Assembly: GCA_964016885.1 (NCBI GenBank)
Contig: OZ024744.1
Location: 3,224,001-3,288,000, forward strand
Direction of reading: 5' to 3'
Source of the DNA: Eledone cirrhosa
Lineage: Eukaryota
DNA: 64,000 nt
The position numbers were made by a program, and so were the translations under genes. Shown here in pieces: positions 39,801-53,820 of the stretch (position 1 is the stretch's first letter; every line of letters begins with the position of its first letter). Below the pieces are notes generated by a model. That model saw only the letters and a list, made by a program, of their open reading frames with translations. It was not told the origin of the DNA and made no database searches.

Positions 39801-42800
39801 AACGAAGTTTTGTGGGAAGACAAGGTAGAGAAAGATAGCTTGGTGAATAACGAAGTTTTGGGAGAAGACAAGGTAGAGAAAGATAGCTTGGTGAAGAACG
39901 ACGATTTGAGGGAAGACAAGGTAGATAAAGATAGCTTGGTGAAGAACGAAGTTTTGGGGAAGACAATGTAGAGAAAGATAGCTTGGTGAAGAACAAAGTT
40001 TTGGGGGAAGACAAGGTAGAGAAAGATAGCTTGGTGAAGAACGAAGTTTTGGGGGAAGACAAGGTAGAGAAAGATAGCTTGGTGAAGAACGAAGTTTTGG
40101 GGGAAGACAATGTAGAGAAAGATAGCTTGGTGAAGAACGAAGTTTTGGGGGAAGACAAGGTAGAGAAAGATAGCTTGGTGAAGAACGAAGTTTTGAGGGA
40201 AGGCAAGGGAGAGAAAGATAGCTTGGTGAATAACAAAGTTTTGGGAGAAGACAAGGTCGAGAAAGATAGCTTGGTGAAGAACGAAGTTTTGAGGGTAGAC
40301 AAGGTAGAGAAAGATAGCTTGGTGAAGAACGACGTTTTGAGGGAAGACAAGATAGAGAAAGATAGCTTGGTGAAGAACGACGTTTTGTGGGAAGACAAGG
40401 TAGAGAAAGATAGCTTGGTGAAGAACGAAGTTTTGTGGGAAGACAAGGTAGAGAAAGATAGCTTGGTGAAGAACGAAGTTTTGGGGGAAGACAAGGTAGA
40501 GAAAGATAGCTTGGTGAAGAACGAAGTTTTGGGGGAAGACAAGGTAGAGAAAGATAGCTTGGTGAAGAACGAAGTTTTGGGGGAAATCAAGGTAGAGAAT
40601 AATAGTTTGGTGAAGAACGAAGTTTTGGGGGAAGACAAGGTAGAGAAAGATAGCTTGGTAAAGAACGACGTTTTGAGGGAAGACAAGGTAGAGAAAGATA
40701 GCTTGGTGAAGAACGAAGTTTTGGGGAAGACAAGGTAGAGAAAGATAGCTTGGTGAAGAACGAAGTTTTGGGAGAAGACAAGGTAGAGAAAGATAGCTTG
40801 GTGAAGAACGAAGTTTTGAGGGAAGACAAGGTAGAGAAAGATAGCTTGGTGAAGAACGAAGTTTTGGGGGGAAGACAAGGTAGAGAAAGATAGCTTGGTG
40901 AAGAACGAAGTTTTGAGGGAAGGCAAGGTAGAGAAAGATAGCTTGGTGAATAACAAAGTTTTGAGGGTAGACAAGTTAGAGAAAGATAGCTTGGTGAAGA
41001 ACGACGTTTTGAGGGAAGACAAGATAGAGAAAGATAGCTTGGTGAAGAACGACGTTTTGTGGGAAGACAAGGTAGAGAAAGATAGCTTGGTGAAGAACGA
41101 AGTTTTGTGGGAAGACAAGGTAGAGAAAGATAGCTTGGTGAAGAACGAAGTTTTGGGGGAAGACAAGATAGAGAAAGATAGCTTGGTGAAGAACGAAGTT
41201 TTGAGGGAAGGCAAGGTAGAGAAAGATAGCTTGGTGAATAACAAAGTTTTGGGAGAAGACAAGGTCGAGAAAGATAGCTTGGTGAAGAACGAAGTTTTGA
41301 GGGTAGACAAGGTAGAGAAAGATAGCTTGGTGAAGAACGACGTTTTGAGGGAAGACAAGATAGAGAAAGATAGCTTGGTGAAGAACGACGTTTTGTGGGA
41401 AGACAAGGTAGAGAAAGATAGCTTGGTGAAGAACGAAGTTTTGTGGGAAGACAAGGTAGAGAAAGATAGCTTGGTGAAGAACGAAGTTTTGGGGGAAGAC
41501 AAGGTAGAGAAAGATAGCTTGGTGAAGAACGAAGTTTTGGGGGAAGACAAGGTAGAGAAAGATAGCTTGGTGAAGAACGAAGTTTTGGGGGAAATCAAGG
41601 TAGAGAATAATAGTTTGGTGAAGAACGAAGTTTTGGGGGAAGACAAGGTAGAGAAAGATAGCTTGGTAAAGAACGACGTTTTGAGGGAAGACAAGGTAGA
41701 GAAAGATAGCTTGGTGAAGAACGAAGTTTTGGGGAAGACAATGTAGAGAAAGATAGCTTGGTGAAGAACGAAGTTTTGGGGGAAGACAAGGTAGAGAAAG
41801 ATAGCTTGGTGAAGAACGAAGTTTTGGGGGAAGACAAGGTAGAGAAAGATAGCTTGGTGAAGAACGAAGTTTTGGGGGAAGACAAGGTAGAGAAAGATAG
41901 CTTGGTGAAGAACGAAGTTTTGAGGGAAGGCAAGGGAGAGAAAGATAGCTTGGTGAATAACAAAGTTTTGGGAGAAGACAAGGTCGAGAAAGATAGCTTG
42001 GTGAAGAACGAAGTTTTGAGGGTAGACAAGGTAGAGAAAGATAGCTTGGTGAAGAACGACGTTTTGAGGGAAGACAAGATAGAGAAAGATAGCTTGGTGA
42101 AGAACGACGTTTTGTGGGAAGACAAGGTAGAGAAAGATAGCTTGGTGAAGAACGAAGTTTTGTGGGAAGACAAGGTAGAGAAAGATAGCTTGGTGAAGAA
42201 CGAAGTTTTGGGGGAAGACAAGGTAGAGAAAGATAGCTTGGTGAAGAACGAAGTTTTGGGGGAAGACAAGGTAGAGAAAGATAGCTTGGTGAAGAACGAA
42301 GTTTTGGGGGAAATCAAGGTAGAGAATAATAGTTTGGTGAAGAACGAAGTTTTGGGGGAAGACAAGGTAGAGAAAGATAGCTTGGTAAAGAACGACGTTT
42401 TGAGGGAAGACAAGGTAGAGAAAGATAGCTTGGTGAAGAACGAAGTTTTGGGGAAGACAATGTAGAGAAAGATAGCTTGGTGAAGAACGAAGTTTTGGGG
42501 GAAGACAAGGTAGAGAAAGATAGCTTGGTGAAGAACGAAGTTTTGGGAGAAGACACGGTAGAGAAAGATAGCTTGGTGAAGAACGAAGTTTTGAGGGAAG
42601 ACAAGGTAGAGAAAGATAGCTTGGTGAAGAACGAAGTTTTGGGGGAAGACAAGGTAGAGAAAGATAGCTTGGTGAAGAACGAAGTTTTGGGGGAAGACAA
42701 GGTAGAGAAAGATAGCTTGGTGAAGAACGAAGTTTTGGGGGAAGACAAGGTAGAGAAAGATAGCTTGGTGAAGAACGAAGTTTTGGGAGAAGACAAGGTA

Positions 42801-44910
42801 GAGAAAGATAGCTTGGTGAAGAACGAAGTTTTGAGGGAAGACAAGGTAGAGAAAGATAGCTTGGTGAAGAACGACGTTTTGAGGGAAGACAAGGTAGAGA
42901 AAGATAGCTTGGTGAAGAACGACGTTTTGTGGGAAGACAAGGTAGAGAAAGATAGCTTGGTGAAGAACGAAGTTTTGGGGAAAGACAAGGTAGAGAAAGA
43001 TAGCTTGGTGAAGAACGAAGTTTTGGGGGAAGACAAGGTAGAGAAAGATAGCTTGGTGAAGAACGAATTTTGGGGGAAGACAAGGTAGAGACAGATAGCT
43101 TGGTGAAGAACGAAGTTTTGGGGAAGACAATGTAGAGAAAGATAGCTTGGTGAAGAACGAAGTTTTGGGGGAAGACAAGGTAGAGAAAGATAGCTTGGTG
43201 AATAACAAAGTTTTGGGAGAAGACAAGGTCGAGAAAGATAGCTTGGTGAAGAACGAAATTTTGAGGGAAGACAAGGTAGAGAAAGATAGCTTGGTGAAGA
43301 ACGACGTTTTGAGGGAAGACAAGATAGAGAAAGATAGCTTGGTGAAGAACGACGTTTTGTGGGAAGACAAGGTAGAGAAAGATAGCTTGGTGAAGAACGA
43401 AGTTTTGGGGGAAGACAAGGTAGAGAAAGATAGCTTGGTGAAGAACGATGTTTTGGGGAAGACAATGTAGAGAAAGATAGCTTGGTGAAGAACGAAGTTT
43501 TGGGGGAAGACAAGGTAGAGAAAGATAGCTTGGTGAAGAACGAAGTTTTGAGGGAAGACAAGATATAGAAAGATAGCTTGGTGAATAACGAAGTTTTGGG
43601 AGAAGACAAGGTCGAGAAAGATAGCTTGGTGAAGAACGAAGTTTTGAGGGAAGACAATGTAGAGAAAGATAGCTTGGTGAAGAACGAAGTTTTGGGGGAA
43701 GACAAGGTAGAGAAAGATAGCTTGGTGAAGAACGAAGTTTTGGGGGAAGACAAGGTAGAGAAAGATAGCTTGGTGAAGAACGAAGTTTTGGGGGAAGACA
43801 AGGTAGAGAAAGATAGCTTGGTGAAGAACGAAGTTTTGGGAGAAATCAAGGTAGAGAATAATAGTTTGGTGAAGAACGAAGTTTTGGGGGAAGACAAGGT
43901 AGAGAAAGATAGCTTGGTGAAGAACGACGTTTTGAGGGAAGACAAGGTAGAGAAAGATAGCTTGGTGAAGAACGAAGTTTTGGGGAAGACAATGTAGAGA
44001 AAGATAGCTTGGTGAAGAACGAAGTTTTGGGGGAAGACAAGGTAGAGAAAGATAGCTTGGTGAAGAACGAAGTTTTGGGAGAAGACAAGGTAGAGAAAGA
44101 TAGCTTGGTGAAGAACGAAGTTTTGAGGGAAGACAAGATAGAGAAAGATAGCTTGGTGAAGAACGACGTTTTGTGGGAAGACAAGGTAGAGAAAGATAGC
44201 TTGGTGAAGAACGAAGTTTTGAGGGAAGACAAGGTAGAGAAAGATAGCTTGGTGAAGAACGAAGTTTTGGGGGAAGACAAGGTAGAGAAAGATAGCTTGG
44301 TGAAGAACGATGTTTTGGGGAAGACAATGTAGAGAAAGATAGCTTGGTAAAGAACGAAGTTTTGGGGGAAGACAAGGTAGAGAAAGATAGCTTGGTGAAG
44401 AACGAAGTTTTGAGGGAAGACAAGGTATAGAAAGATAGCTTGGTGAATAACGAAGTTTTGGGAGAAGACAAGGTCGAGAAAGATAGCTTGGTGAAGAACG
44501 AAGTTTTGAGGGAAGACAATGTAGAGAAAGATAGCTTGGTGAAGAACGAAGTTTTGGGGGAAGACAAGGTAGAGAAAGATAGCTTGGTGAAGAACGAAGT
44601 TTTGGGGGAAGACAAGGTAGAGAAAGATAGCTTGGTGAAGAACGAAGTTTTGAGGGAAGACAAGGTAGAGAAAGATATATTGGTGAAGAACGAAGTTTTG
44701 GGGGAAGACAAGGTAGAGAAAGATAGCTTGGTGAAGAACGAAGTTTTGAGGGAAGACAAGGTAGAGAAAGATAGCTTGGTGAATAACGAAGTTTTGGGAG
44801 AAGACAAGGTAGAGAAAGATAGCTTGGTGAAGAACGACGTTTTGAGGGAAGACAAGGTAGATAAAGATAGCTTGGTGAAGAACGAAGTTTTTGGGAAGAC
44901 AATGTAGAGA
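36860..44910. repeat. Spaced duplication of a ~3.1-kb block at offset 4936 bp (103 monomers); a third copy lies at ~25800-28950
   Basis: ORFs 37541/42477, 38211/43147, 38642/43578, 39073/44009 and 39504/44440 are offset by 4936. The same series occurs at 26521, 27191, 27622, 28053 and 28484 (offset 11020 to the 37541 copy). Confidence 0.88.
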
Positions 44911-44919
44911 AAGATAGCC

Positions 44920-47900
44920 TGGTGAAGAACGAAGTTTTGGGAGAAGACAAGGTAGAGAAAGATAGCTTGGTGAAGAACGAAGTTTTGAGGGAAGACAAGG
45001 TAGAGAAAGATAGCTTGGTGAAGAACGAAGTTTTGGGGGGAAGACAAGGTAGAGAAAGATAGCTTGGTGAAGAACGAAGTTTTGAGGGAAGGCAAGGTAG
45101 AGAAAGATAGCTTGGTGAATAACAAAGTTTTGAGGGTAGACAAGTTAGAGAAAGATAGCTTGGTGAAGAACGACGTTTTGAGGGAAGACAAGATAGAGAA
45201 AGATAGCTTGGTGAAGAACGACGTTTTGTGGGAAGACAAGGTAGAGAAAGATAGCTTGGTGAAGAACGAAGTTTTGTGGGAAGACAAGGTAGAGAAAGAT
45301 AGCTTGGTGAAGAACGAAGTTTTGGGGGAAGACAAGGTAGAGAAAGATAGCTTGGTGAAGAACGAAGTTTTGTGGGAAGACAAGGTAGAGAAAGATAGCT
45401 TGGTGAAGAACGAAGTTTTGGGGGAAGACAAGGTAGAGAAAGATAGCTTGGTGAAGAACGAAGTTTTGGGGGAAGACAAGGTAGAGAAAGATAGCTTGGT
45501 GAAGAACGAAGTTTTGGGGGAAATCAAGGTAGAGAATAATAGTTTGGTGAAGAACGAAGTTTTGGGGGAAGACAAGGTAGAGAAAGATAGCTTGGTAAAG
45601 AACGACGTTTTGAGGGAAGACAAGGTAGAGAAAGATAGCTTGGTGAAGAACGAAGTTTTGGGGAAGACAATGTAGAGAAAGATAGCTTGGTGAAGAACGA
45701 AGTTTTGGGGGAAGACAAGGTAGAGAAAGATAGCTTGGTGAAGAACGAAGTTTTGGGAGAAGACAAGGTAGAGAAAGATAGCTTGGTGAAGAACGAAGTT
45801 TTGAGGGAAGACAAGGTAGAGAAAGATAGCTTGGTGAAGAACGAAGTTTTGGGGGAAGACAAGGTAGAGAAAGATAGCTTGGTGAAGAACGAAGTTTTGG
45901 GGGAAGACAAGGTAGAGAAAGATAGCTTGGTGAAGAACGAAGTTTTGAGGGAAGGCAATGTAGAGAAAGATAGCTTGGTGAAGAACGAAGTTTTGGGGGA
46001 AGACAAGGTAGAGAAAGATAGCTTGGTGAAGAACGAAGTTTTGGGAGAAGACAAGGTAGAGAAAGATAGCTTGGCGAAGAACGAAGTTTTGAGGGAAGAC
46101 AAGGTAGAGAAAGATAGCTTGGTGAATAACGAAGTTTTGGGAGAAGACAAGGTAGAGAAAGATAGCTTGGTGAAGAACGACGTTTTGAGGGAAGACAAGG
46201 TAGATAAAGATAGCTTGGTGAAGAACGAAGTTTTTGGGAAGACAATGTAGAGAAAGATAGCTTGGTGAAGAACGAAGTTTTGGGGGAAGACAAGGTAGAG
46301 AAAGATAGCTTGGTGAAGAACGAAGTTTTGGGGGAAGACAAGGTAGAGAAAGATAGCTTGGTGAAGAACGAAGTTTTGGGGGAAGACAAGGTAGAGAAAG
46401 ATAGCTTGGTGAAGAACGAAGTTTTGGGGGAAGACAAGGTAGAGAAAGATAGCTTGGTGAAGAACGAAGTTTTGAGGGAAGGCAAGGGAGAGAAAGATAG
46501 CTTGGTGAATAACAAAGTTTTGGGAGAAGACAAGGTCGAGAAAGATAGCTTGGTGAAGAACGAAGTTTTGAGGGTAGACAAGGTAGAGAAAGATAGCTTG
46601 GTGAAGAACGACGTTTTGAGGGAAGACAAGATAGAGAAAGATAGCTTGGTGAAGAACGACGTTTTGTGGGAAGACAAGGTAGAGAAAGATAGCTTGGTGA
46701 AGAACGAAGTTTTGTGGGAAGACAAGGTAGAGAAAGATAGCTTGGTGAAGAACGAAGTTTTGGGGGAAGACAAGGTAGAGAAAGATAGCTTGGTGAAGAA
46801 CGAAGTTTTGGGGGAAGACAAGGTAGAGAAAGATAGCTTGGTGAAGAACGAAGTTTTGGGGGAAATCAAGGTAGAGAATAATAGTTTGGTGAAGAACGAA
46901 GTTTTGGGGGAAGACAAGGTAGAGAAAGATAGCTTGGTAAAGAACGACGTTTTGAGGGAAGACAAGGTAGAGAAAGATAGCTTGGTGAAGAACGAAGTTT
47001 TGGGGAAGACAATGTAGAGAAAGATAGCTTGGTGAAGAACGAAGTTTTGGGGGAAGACAAGGTAGAGAAAGATAGCTTGGTGAAGAACGAAGTTTTGGGA
47101 GAAGACAAGGTAGAGAAAGATAGCTTGGTGAAGAACGAAGTTTTGAGGGAAGACAAGGTAGAGAAAGATAGCTTGGTGAAGAACGAAGTTTTGGGGGGAA
47201 GACAAGGTAGAGAAAGATAGCTTGGTGAAGAACGAAGTTTTGAGGGAAGGCAAGGTAGAGAAAGATAGCTTGGTGAATAACAAAGTTTTGAGGGTAGACA
47301 AGTTAGAGAAAGATAGCTTGGTGAAGAACGACGTTTTGAGGGAAGACAAGATAGAGAAAGATAGCTTGGTGAAGAACGACGTTTTGTGGGAAGACAAGGT
47401 AGAGAAAGATAGCTTGGTGAAGAACGAAGTTTTGTGGGAAGACAAGGTAGAGAAAGATAGCTTGGTGAAGAACGAAGTTTTGGGGGAAGACAAGGTAGAG
47501 AAAGATAGCTTGGTGAAGAACGAAGTTTTGTGGGAAGACAAGGTAGAGAAAGATAGCTTGGTGAAGAACGAAGTTTTGGGGGAAGACAAGGTAGAGAAAG
47601 ATAGCTTGGTGAAGAACGAAGTTTTGGGGGAAGACAAGGTAGAGAAAGATAGCTTGGTGAAGAACGAAGTTTTGGGGGAAATCAAGGTAGAGAATAATAG
47701 TTTGGTGAAGAACGAAGTTTTGGGGGAAGACAAGGTAGAGAAAGATAGCTTGGTAAAGAACGACGTTTTGAGGGAAGACAAGGTAGAGAAAGATAGCTTG
47801 GTGAAGAACGAAGTTTTGGGGAAGACAATGTAGAGAAAGATAGCTTGGTGAAGAACGAAGTTTTGGGGGAAGACAAGGTAGAGAAAGATAGCTTGGTGAA

Positions 47901-48290
47901 GAACGAAGTTTTGGGAGAAGACAAGGTAGAGAAAGATAGCTTGGTGAAGAACGAAGTTTTGAGGGAAGACAAGGTAGAGAAAGATAGCTTGGTGAAGAAC
48001 GAAGTTTTGGGGGAAGACAAGGTAGAGAAAGATAGCTTGGTGAAGAACGAAGTTTTGGGGGAAGACAAGGTATAGAAAGATAGCTTGGTGAAGAACGAAG
48101 TTTTGAGGGAAGGCAATGTAGAGAAAGATAGCTTGGTGAAGAACGAAGTTTTGGGGGAAGACAAGGTAGAGAAAGATAGCTTGGTGAAGAACGAAGTTTT
48201 GGGAGAAGACAAGGTAGAGAAAGATAGCTTGGCGAAGAACGAAGTTTTGAGGGAAGACAAGGTAGAGAAAGATAGCTTGGTGAAGAACGA
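44920..48290. repeat. Higher-order duplication, offset 2158 bp (45 monomers)
   Basis: ORFs 45064/47222 and 45687/47845 are offset by 2158. Shared markers are the G6 (49-bp) monomer, GGCAATG (~45954/~48112) and TTGGCGAAG (~46071/~48229). Confidence 0.87.
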
Positions 48291-48849
48291 AGTTTTGGGG
48301 GAAGACAAGGTAGAGAAAGATAGCTTGGTGAAGAACGAAGTTTTGGGGGGAAGACAAGGTAGAGAAAGATAGCTTGGTGAAGAACGAAGTTTTGAGGGAA
48401 GGCAAGGTAGAGAAAGATAGCTTGGTGAATAACAAAGTTTTGAGGGTAGACAAGTTAGAGAAAGATAGCTTGGTGAAGAACGACGTTTTGAGGGAAGACA
48501 AGATAGAGAAAGATAGCTTGGTGAAGAACGACGTTTTGTGGGAAGACAAGGTAGAGAAAGATAGCTTGGTGAAGAACGAAGTTTTGTGGGAAGACAAGGT
48601 AGAGAAAGATAGCTTGGTGAAGAACGAAGTTTTGGGGGAAGACAAGATAGAGAAAGATAGCTTGGTGAAGAACGAAGTTTTGGGGGAAGACAAGGTAGAG
48701 AAAGATAGCTTGGTGAAGAACGAAGTTTTGGGGGAAGACAAGGTAGAGAAAGATAGCTTGGTGAAGAACGAAGTTTTGGGAGAAGACAAGGTAGAGAAAG
48801 ATAGCTTGGTGAAGAACGAAGTTTTGAGGGAAGACAAGGTAGAGAAAGA

Positions 48850-51800
48850 TAGCTTGGTGAAGAACGACGTTTTGAAGGAAGACAAGGTAGAGAAAGATAG
48901 CTTGGTGAAGAACGACGTTTTGTGGGAAGACAAGGTAGAGAAAGATAGCTTGGTGAAGAACGAAGTTTTGGGGAAAGACAAGGTAGAGAAAGATAGCTTG
49001 GTGAAGAACGAAGTTTTGGGGGAAGACAAGGTAGAGAAAGATAGCTTGGTGAAGAACGAAGTTTTGGGGGAAGACAAGGTAGAGAAAGATAGCTTGGTGA
49101 AGAACGAAGTTTTGGGGAAGACAATTTAGAGAAAGATAGCTTGGTGAAGAACGAAGTTTTGGGGGAAGACAAGGTAGAGAAAGATAGCTTGGTGAATAAC
49201 AAAGTTTTGGGAGAAGACAAGGTCGAGAAAGATAGCTTGGTGAAGAACGAAATTTTGAGGGAAGACAAGGTAGAGAAAGATAGCTTGGTGAAGAACGACG
49301 TTTTGAGGGAAGACAAGATAGAGAAAGATAGCTTGGTGAAGAACGACGTTTTGTGGGAAGACAAGGTAGAGAAAGATAGCTTGGTGAAGAACGAAGTTTT
49401 GGGGGAAGACAAGGTAGAGAAAGATAGCTTGGTGAAGAACGAAGTTTTGGGGGAAGACAAGGTAGAGAAAGATAGCTTGGTGAAGAACGATGTTTTGGGG
49501 AAGACAATGTAGAGAAAGATAGCTTGGTAAAGAACGAAGTTTTGGGGGAAGACAAGGTAGAGAAAGATAGCTTGGTGAAGAACGAAGTTTTGAGGGAAGA
49601 CAAGGTATAGAAAGATAGCTTGGTGAATAACGAAGTTTTGGGAGAAGACAAGGTCGAGAAAGATAGCTTGGTGAAGAACGAAGTTTTGAGGGAAGACAAT
49701 GTAGAGAAAGATAGCTTGGTGAAGAACGAAGTTTTGGGGGAAGACAAGGTAGAGAAAGATAGCTTGGTGAAGAACGAAGTTTTGGGGGAAGACAAGGTAG
49801 AGAAAGATAGCTTGGTGAAGAACGAAGTTTTGAGGGAAGACAAGGTAGAGAAAGATATATTGGTGAAGAACGAAGTTTTGGGGGAAGACAAGGTAGAGAA
49901 AGATAGCTTGGTGAAGAACGAAGTTTTGAGGGAAGACAAGGTAGAGAAAGATAGCTTGGTGAATAACGAAGTTTTGGGAGAAGACAAGGTAGAGAAAGAT
50001 AGCTTGGTGAAGAACGACGTTTTGAGGGAAGACAACGTAGAGAAAGATAGCTTGGTGAAGAACGAAGTTTTGGGGAAGACAATGTAGAGAAAGATAGCTT
50101 GGTGAAGAACGAAGTTTTGGGGGAAGACAAGGTAGAGAAAGATAGCTTGGTGAAGAACGAAGTTTTGGGGGAAGACAAGGTAGAGAAAGATAGCTTGGTG
50201 AAGAACGAAGTTTTGGGGGAAGACAAGGTAGAGAAAGATAGCTTGGTGAAGAACGAAGTTTTGGGGGAAGACAAGGTAGAGAAAGATAGCTTGGTGAAGA
50301 ACGAAGTTTTGAGGGAAGGCAAGGGAGAGAAAGATAGCTTGGTGAATAACAAAGTTTTGGGAGAAGACAAGGTCGAGAAAGATAGCTTGGTGAAGAACGA
50401 AGTTTTGAGGGTAGACAAGGTAGAGAAAGATAGCTTGGTGAAGAACGACGTTTTGAGGGAAGACAAGATAGAGAAAGATAGCTTGGTGAAGAACGACGTT
50501 TTGTGGGAAGACAAGGTAGAGAAAGATAGCTTGGTGAAGAACGAAGTTTTGTGGGAAGACAAGGTAGAGAAAGATAGCTTGGTGAAGAACGAAGTTTTGG
50601 GGGAAGACAAGGTAGAGAAAGATAGCTTGGTGAAGAACGAAGTTTTGGGGGAAGACAAGGTAGAGAAAGATAGCTTGGTGAAGAACGAAGTTTTGGGGGA
50701 AGACAAGGTAGAGAAAGATAGCTTGGTGAAGAACGAAGTTTTGGGGGAAGACAAGGTAGAGAAAGATAGCTTGGTGAAGAACGATGTTTTGGGGAAGACA
50801 ATGTAGAGAAAGATAGCTTGGTAAAGAACGAAGTTTTGCGGGAAGACAAGGTAGAGAAAGATAGCTTGGTGAAGAACGAAGTTTTGAGGGAAGACAAGGT
50901 ATAGAAAGATAGCTTGGTGAATAACGAAGTTTTGGGAGAAGACAAGGTCGAGAAAGATAGCTTGGTGAAGAACGAAGTTTTGAGGGAAGACAATGTAGAG
51001 AAAGATAGCTTGGTGAAGAACGAAGTTTTGGGGGAAGACAAGGTAGAGAAAGATAGCTTGGTGAAGAACGAAGTTTTGGGGGAAGACAAGGTAGAGAAAG
51101 ATAGCTTGGTGAAGAACGAAGTTTTGAGGGAAGACAAGGTAGAGAAAGATATATTGGTGAAGAACGAAGTTTTGGGGGAAGACAAGGTAGAGAAAGATAG
51201 CTTGGTGAAGAACGAAGTTTTGAGGGAAGACAAGGTAGAGAAAGATAGCTTGGTGAATAACGAAGTTTTGGGAGAAGACAAGGTAGAGAAAGATAGCTTG
51301 GTGAAGAACGACGTTTTGAGGGAAGACAAGGTAGAGAAAGATAGCTTGGTGAAGAACGACGTTTTGAAGGAAGACAAGGTAGAGAAAGATAGCTTGGTGA
51401 AGAACGACGTTTTGTGGGAAGACAAGGTAGAGAAAGATAGCTTGGTGAAGAACGAAGTTTTGGGGAAAGACAAGGTAGAGAAAGATAGCTTGGTGAAGAA
51501 CGAAGTTTTGGGGGAAGACAAGGTAGAGAAAGATAGCTTGGTGAAGAACGAAGTTTTGGGGGAAGACAAGGTAGAGAAAGATAGCTTGGTGAAGAACGAA
51601 GTTTTGGGGAAGACAATTTAGAGAAAGATAGCTTGGTGAAGAACGAAGTTTTGGGGGAAGACAAGGTAGAGAAAGATAGCTTGGTGAATAACAAAGTTTT
51701 GGGAGAAGACAAGGTCGAGAAAGATAGCTTGGTGAAGAACGAAATTTTGAGGGAAGACAAGGTAGAGAAAGATAGCTTGGTGAAGAACGACGTTTTGAGG

Positions 51801-53820
51801 GAAGACAAGATAGAGAAAGATAGCTTGGTGAAGAACGACGTTTTGTGGGAAGACAAGGTAGAGAAAGATAGCTTGGTGAAGAACGAAGTTTTGGGGGAAG
51901 ACAAGGTAGAGAAAGATAGCTTGGTGAAGAACGAAGTTTTGGGGGAAGACAAGGTAGAGAAAGATAGCTTGGTGAAGAACGATGTTTTGGGGAAGACAAT
52001 GTAGAGAAAGATAGCTTGGTAAAGAACGAAGTTTTGGGGGAAGACAAGGTAGAGAAAGATAGCTTGGTGAAGAACGAAGTTTTGAGGGAAGACAAGGTAT
52101 AGAAAGATAGCTTGGTGAATAACGAAGTTTTGGGAGAAGACAAGGTCGAGAAAGATAGCTTGGTGAAGAACGAAGTTTTGAGGGAAGACAATGTAGAGAA
52201 AGATAGCTTGGTGAAGAACGAAGTTTTGGGGGAAGACAAGGTAGAGAAAGATAGCTTGGTGAAGAACGAAGTTTTGGGGGAAGACAAGGTAGAGAAAGAT
52301 AGCTTGGTGAAGAACGAAGTTTTGAGGGAAGACAAGGTAGAGAAAGATATATTGGTGAAGAACGAAGTTTTGGGGGAAGACAAGGTAGAGAAAGATAGCT
52401 TGGTGAAGAACGAAGTTTTGAGGGAAGACAAGGTAGAGAAAGATAGCTTGGTGAATAACGAAGTTTTGGGAGAAGACAAGGTAGAGAAAGATAGCTTGGT
52501 GAAGAACGACGTTTTGAGGGAAGACAACGTAGAGAAAGATAGCTTGGTGAAGAACGAAGTTTTGGGGAAGACAATGTAGAGAAAGATAGCTTGGTGAAGA
52601 ACGAAGTTTTGGGGGAAGACAAGGTAGAGAAAGATAGCTTGGTGAAGAACGAAGTTTTGGGGGAAGACAAGGTAGAGAAAGATAGCTTGGTGAAGAACGA
52701 AGTTTTGGGGGAAGACAAGGTAGAGAAAGATAGCTTGGTGAAGAACGAAGTTTTGGGGGAAGACAAGGTAGAGAAAGATAGCTTGGTGAAGAACGAAGTT
52801 TTGAGGGAAGGCAAGGGAGAGAAAGATAGCTTGGTGAATAACAAAGTTTTGGGAGAAGACAAGGTCGAGAAAGATAGCTTGGTGAAGAACGAAGTTTTGA
52901 GGGTAGACAAGGTAGAGAAAGATAGCTTGGTGAAGAACGACGTTTTGAGGGAAGACAAGATAGAGAAAGATAGCTTGGTGAAGAACGACGTTTTGTGGGA
53001 AGACAAGGTAGAGAAAGATAGCTTGGTGAAGAACGAAGTTTTGTGGGAAGACAAGGTAGAGAAAGATAGCTTGGTGAAGAACGAAGTTTTGGGGGAAGAC
53101 AAGGTAGAGAAAGATAGCTTGGTGAAGAACGAAGTTTTGGGGGAAGACAAGGTAGAGAAAGATAGCTTGGTGAAGAACGAAGTTTTGGGGGAAGACAAGG
53201 TAGAGAAAGATAGCTTGGTGAAGAACGAAGTTTTGGGGGAAGACAAGGTAGAGAAAGATAGCTTGGTGAAGAACGATGTTTTGGGGAAGACAATGTAGAG
53301 AAAGATAGCTTGGTAAAGAACGAAGTTTTGCGGGAAGACAAGGTAGAGAAAGATAGCTTGGTGAAGAACGAAGTTTTGAGGGAAGACAAGGTATAGAAAG
53401 ATAGCTTGGTGAATAACGAAGTTTTGGGAGAAGACAAGGTCGAGAAAGATAGCTTGGTGAAGAACGAAGTTTTGAGGGAAGACAATGTAGAGAAAGATAG
53501 CTTGGTGAAGAACGAAGTTTTGGGGGAAGACAAGGTAGAGAAAGATAGCTTGGTGAAGAACGAAGTTTTGGGGGAAGACAAGGTAGAGAAAGATAGCTTG
53601 GTGAAGAACGAAGTTTTGAGGGAAGACAAGGTAGAGAAAGATATATTGGTGAAGAACGAAGTTTTGGGGGAAGACAAGGTAGAGAAAGATAGCTTGGTGA
53701 AGAACGAAGTTTTGAGGGAAGACAAGGTAGAGAAAGATAGCTTGGTGAATAACGAAGTTTTGGGAGAAGACAAGGTAGAGAAAGATAGCTTGGTGAAGAA
53801 CGACGTTTTGAGGGAAGACA
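48850..53820. repeat. Higher-order tandem duplication, period 2492 bp (52 monomers), two copies
   Basis: ORFs 49141/51633, 49620/52112, 50099/52591 and 50914/53406 are offset by 2492. Rare markers TTTGAAGG (48871/51363) and ACAATTTA (49121/51613) are shared. Confidence 0.92.
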
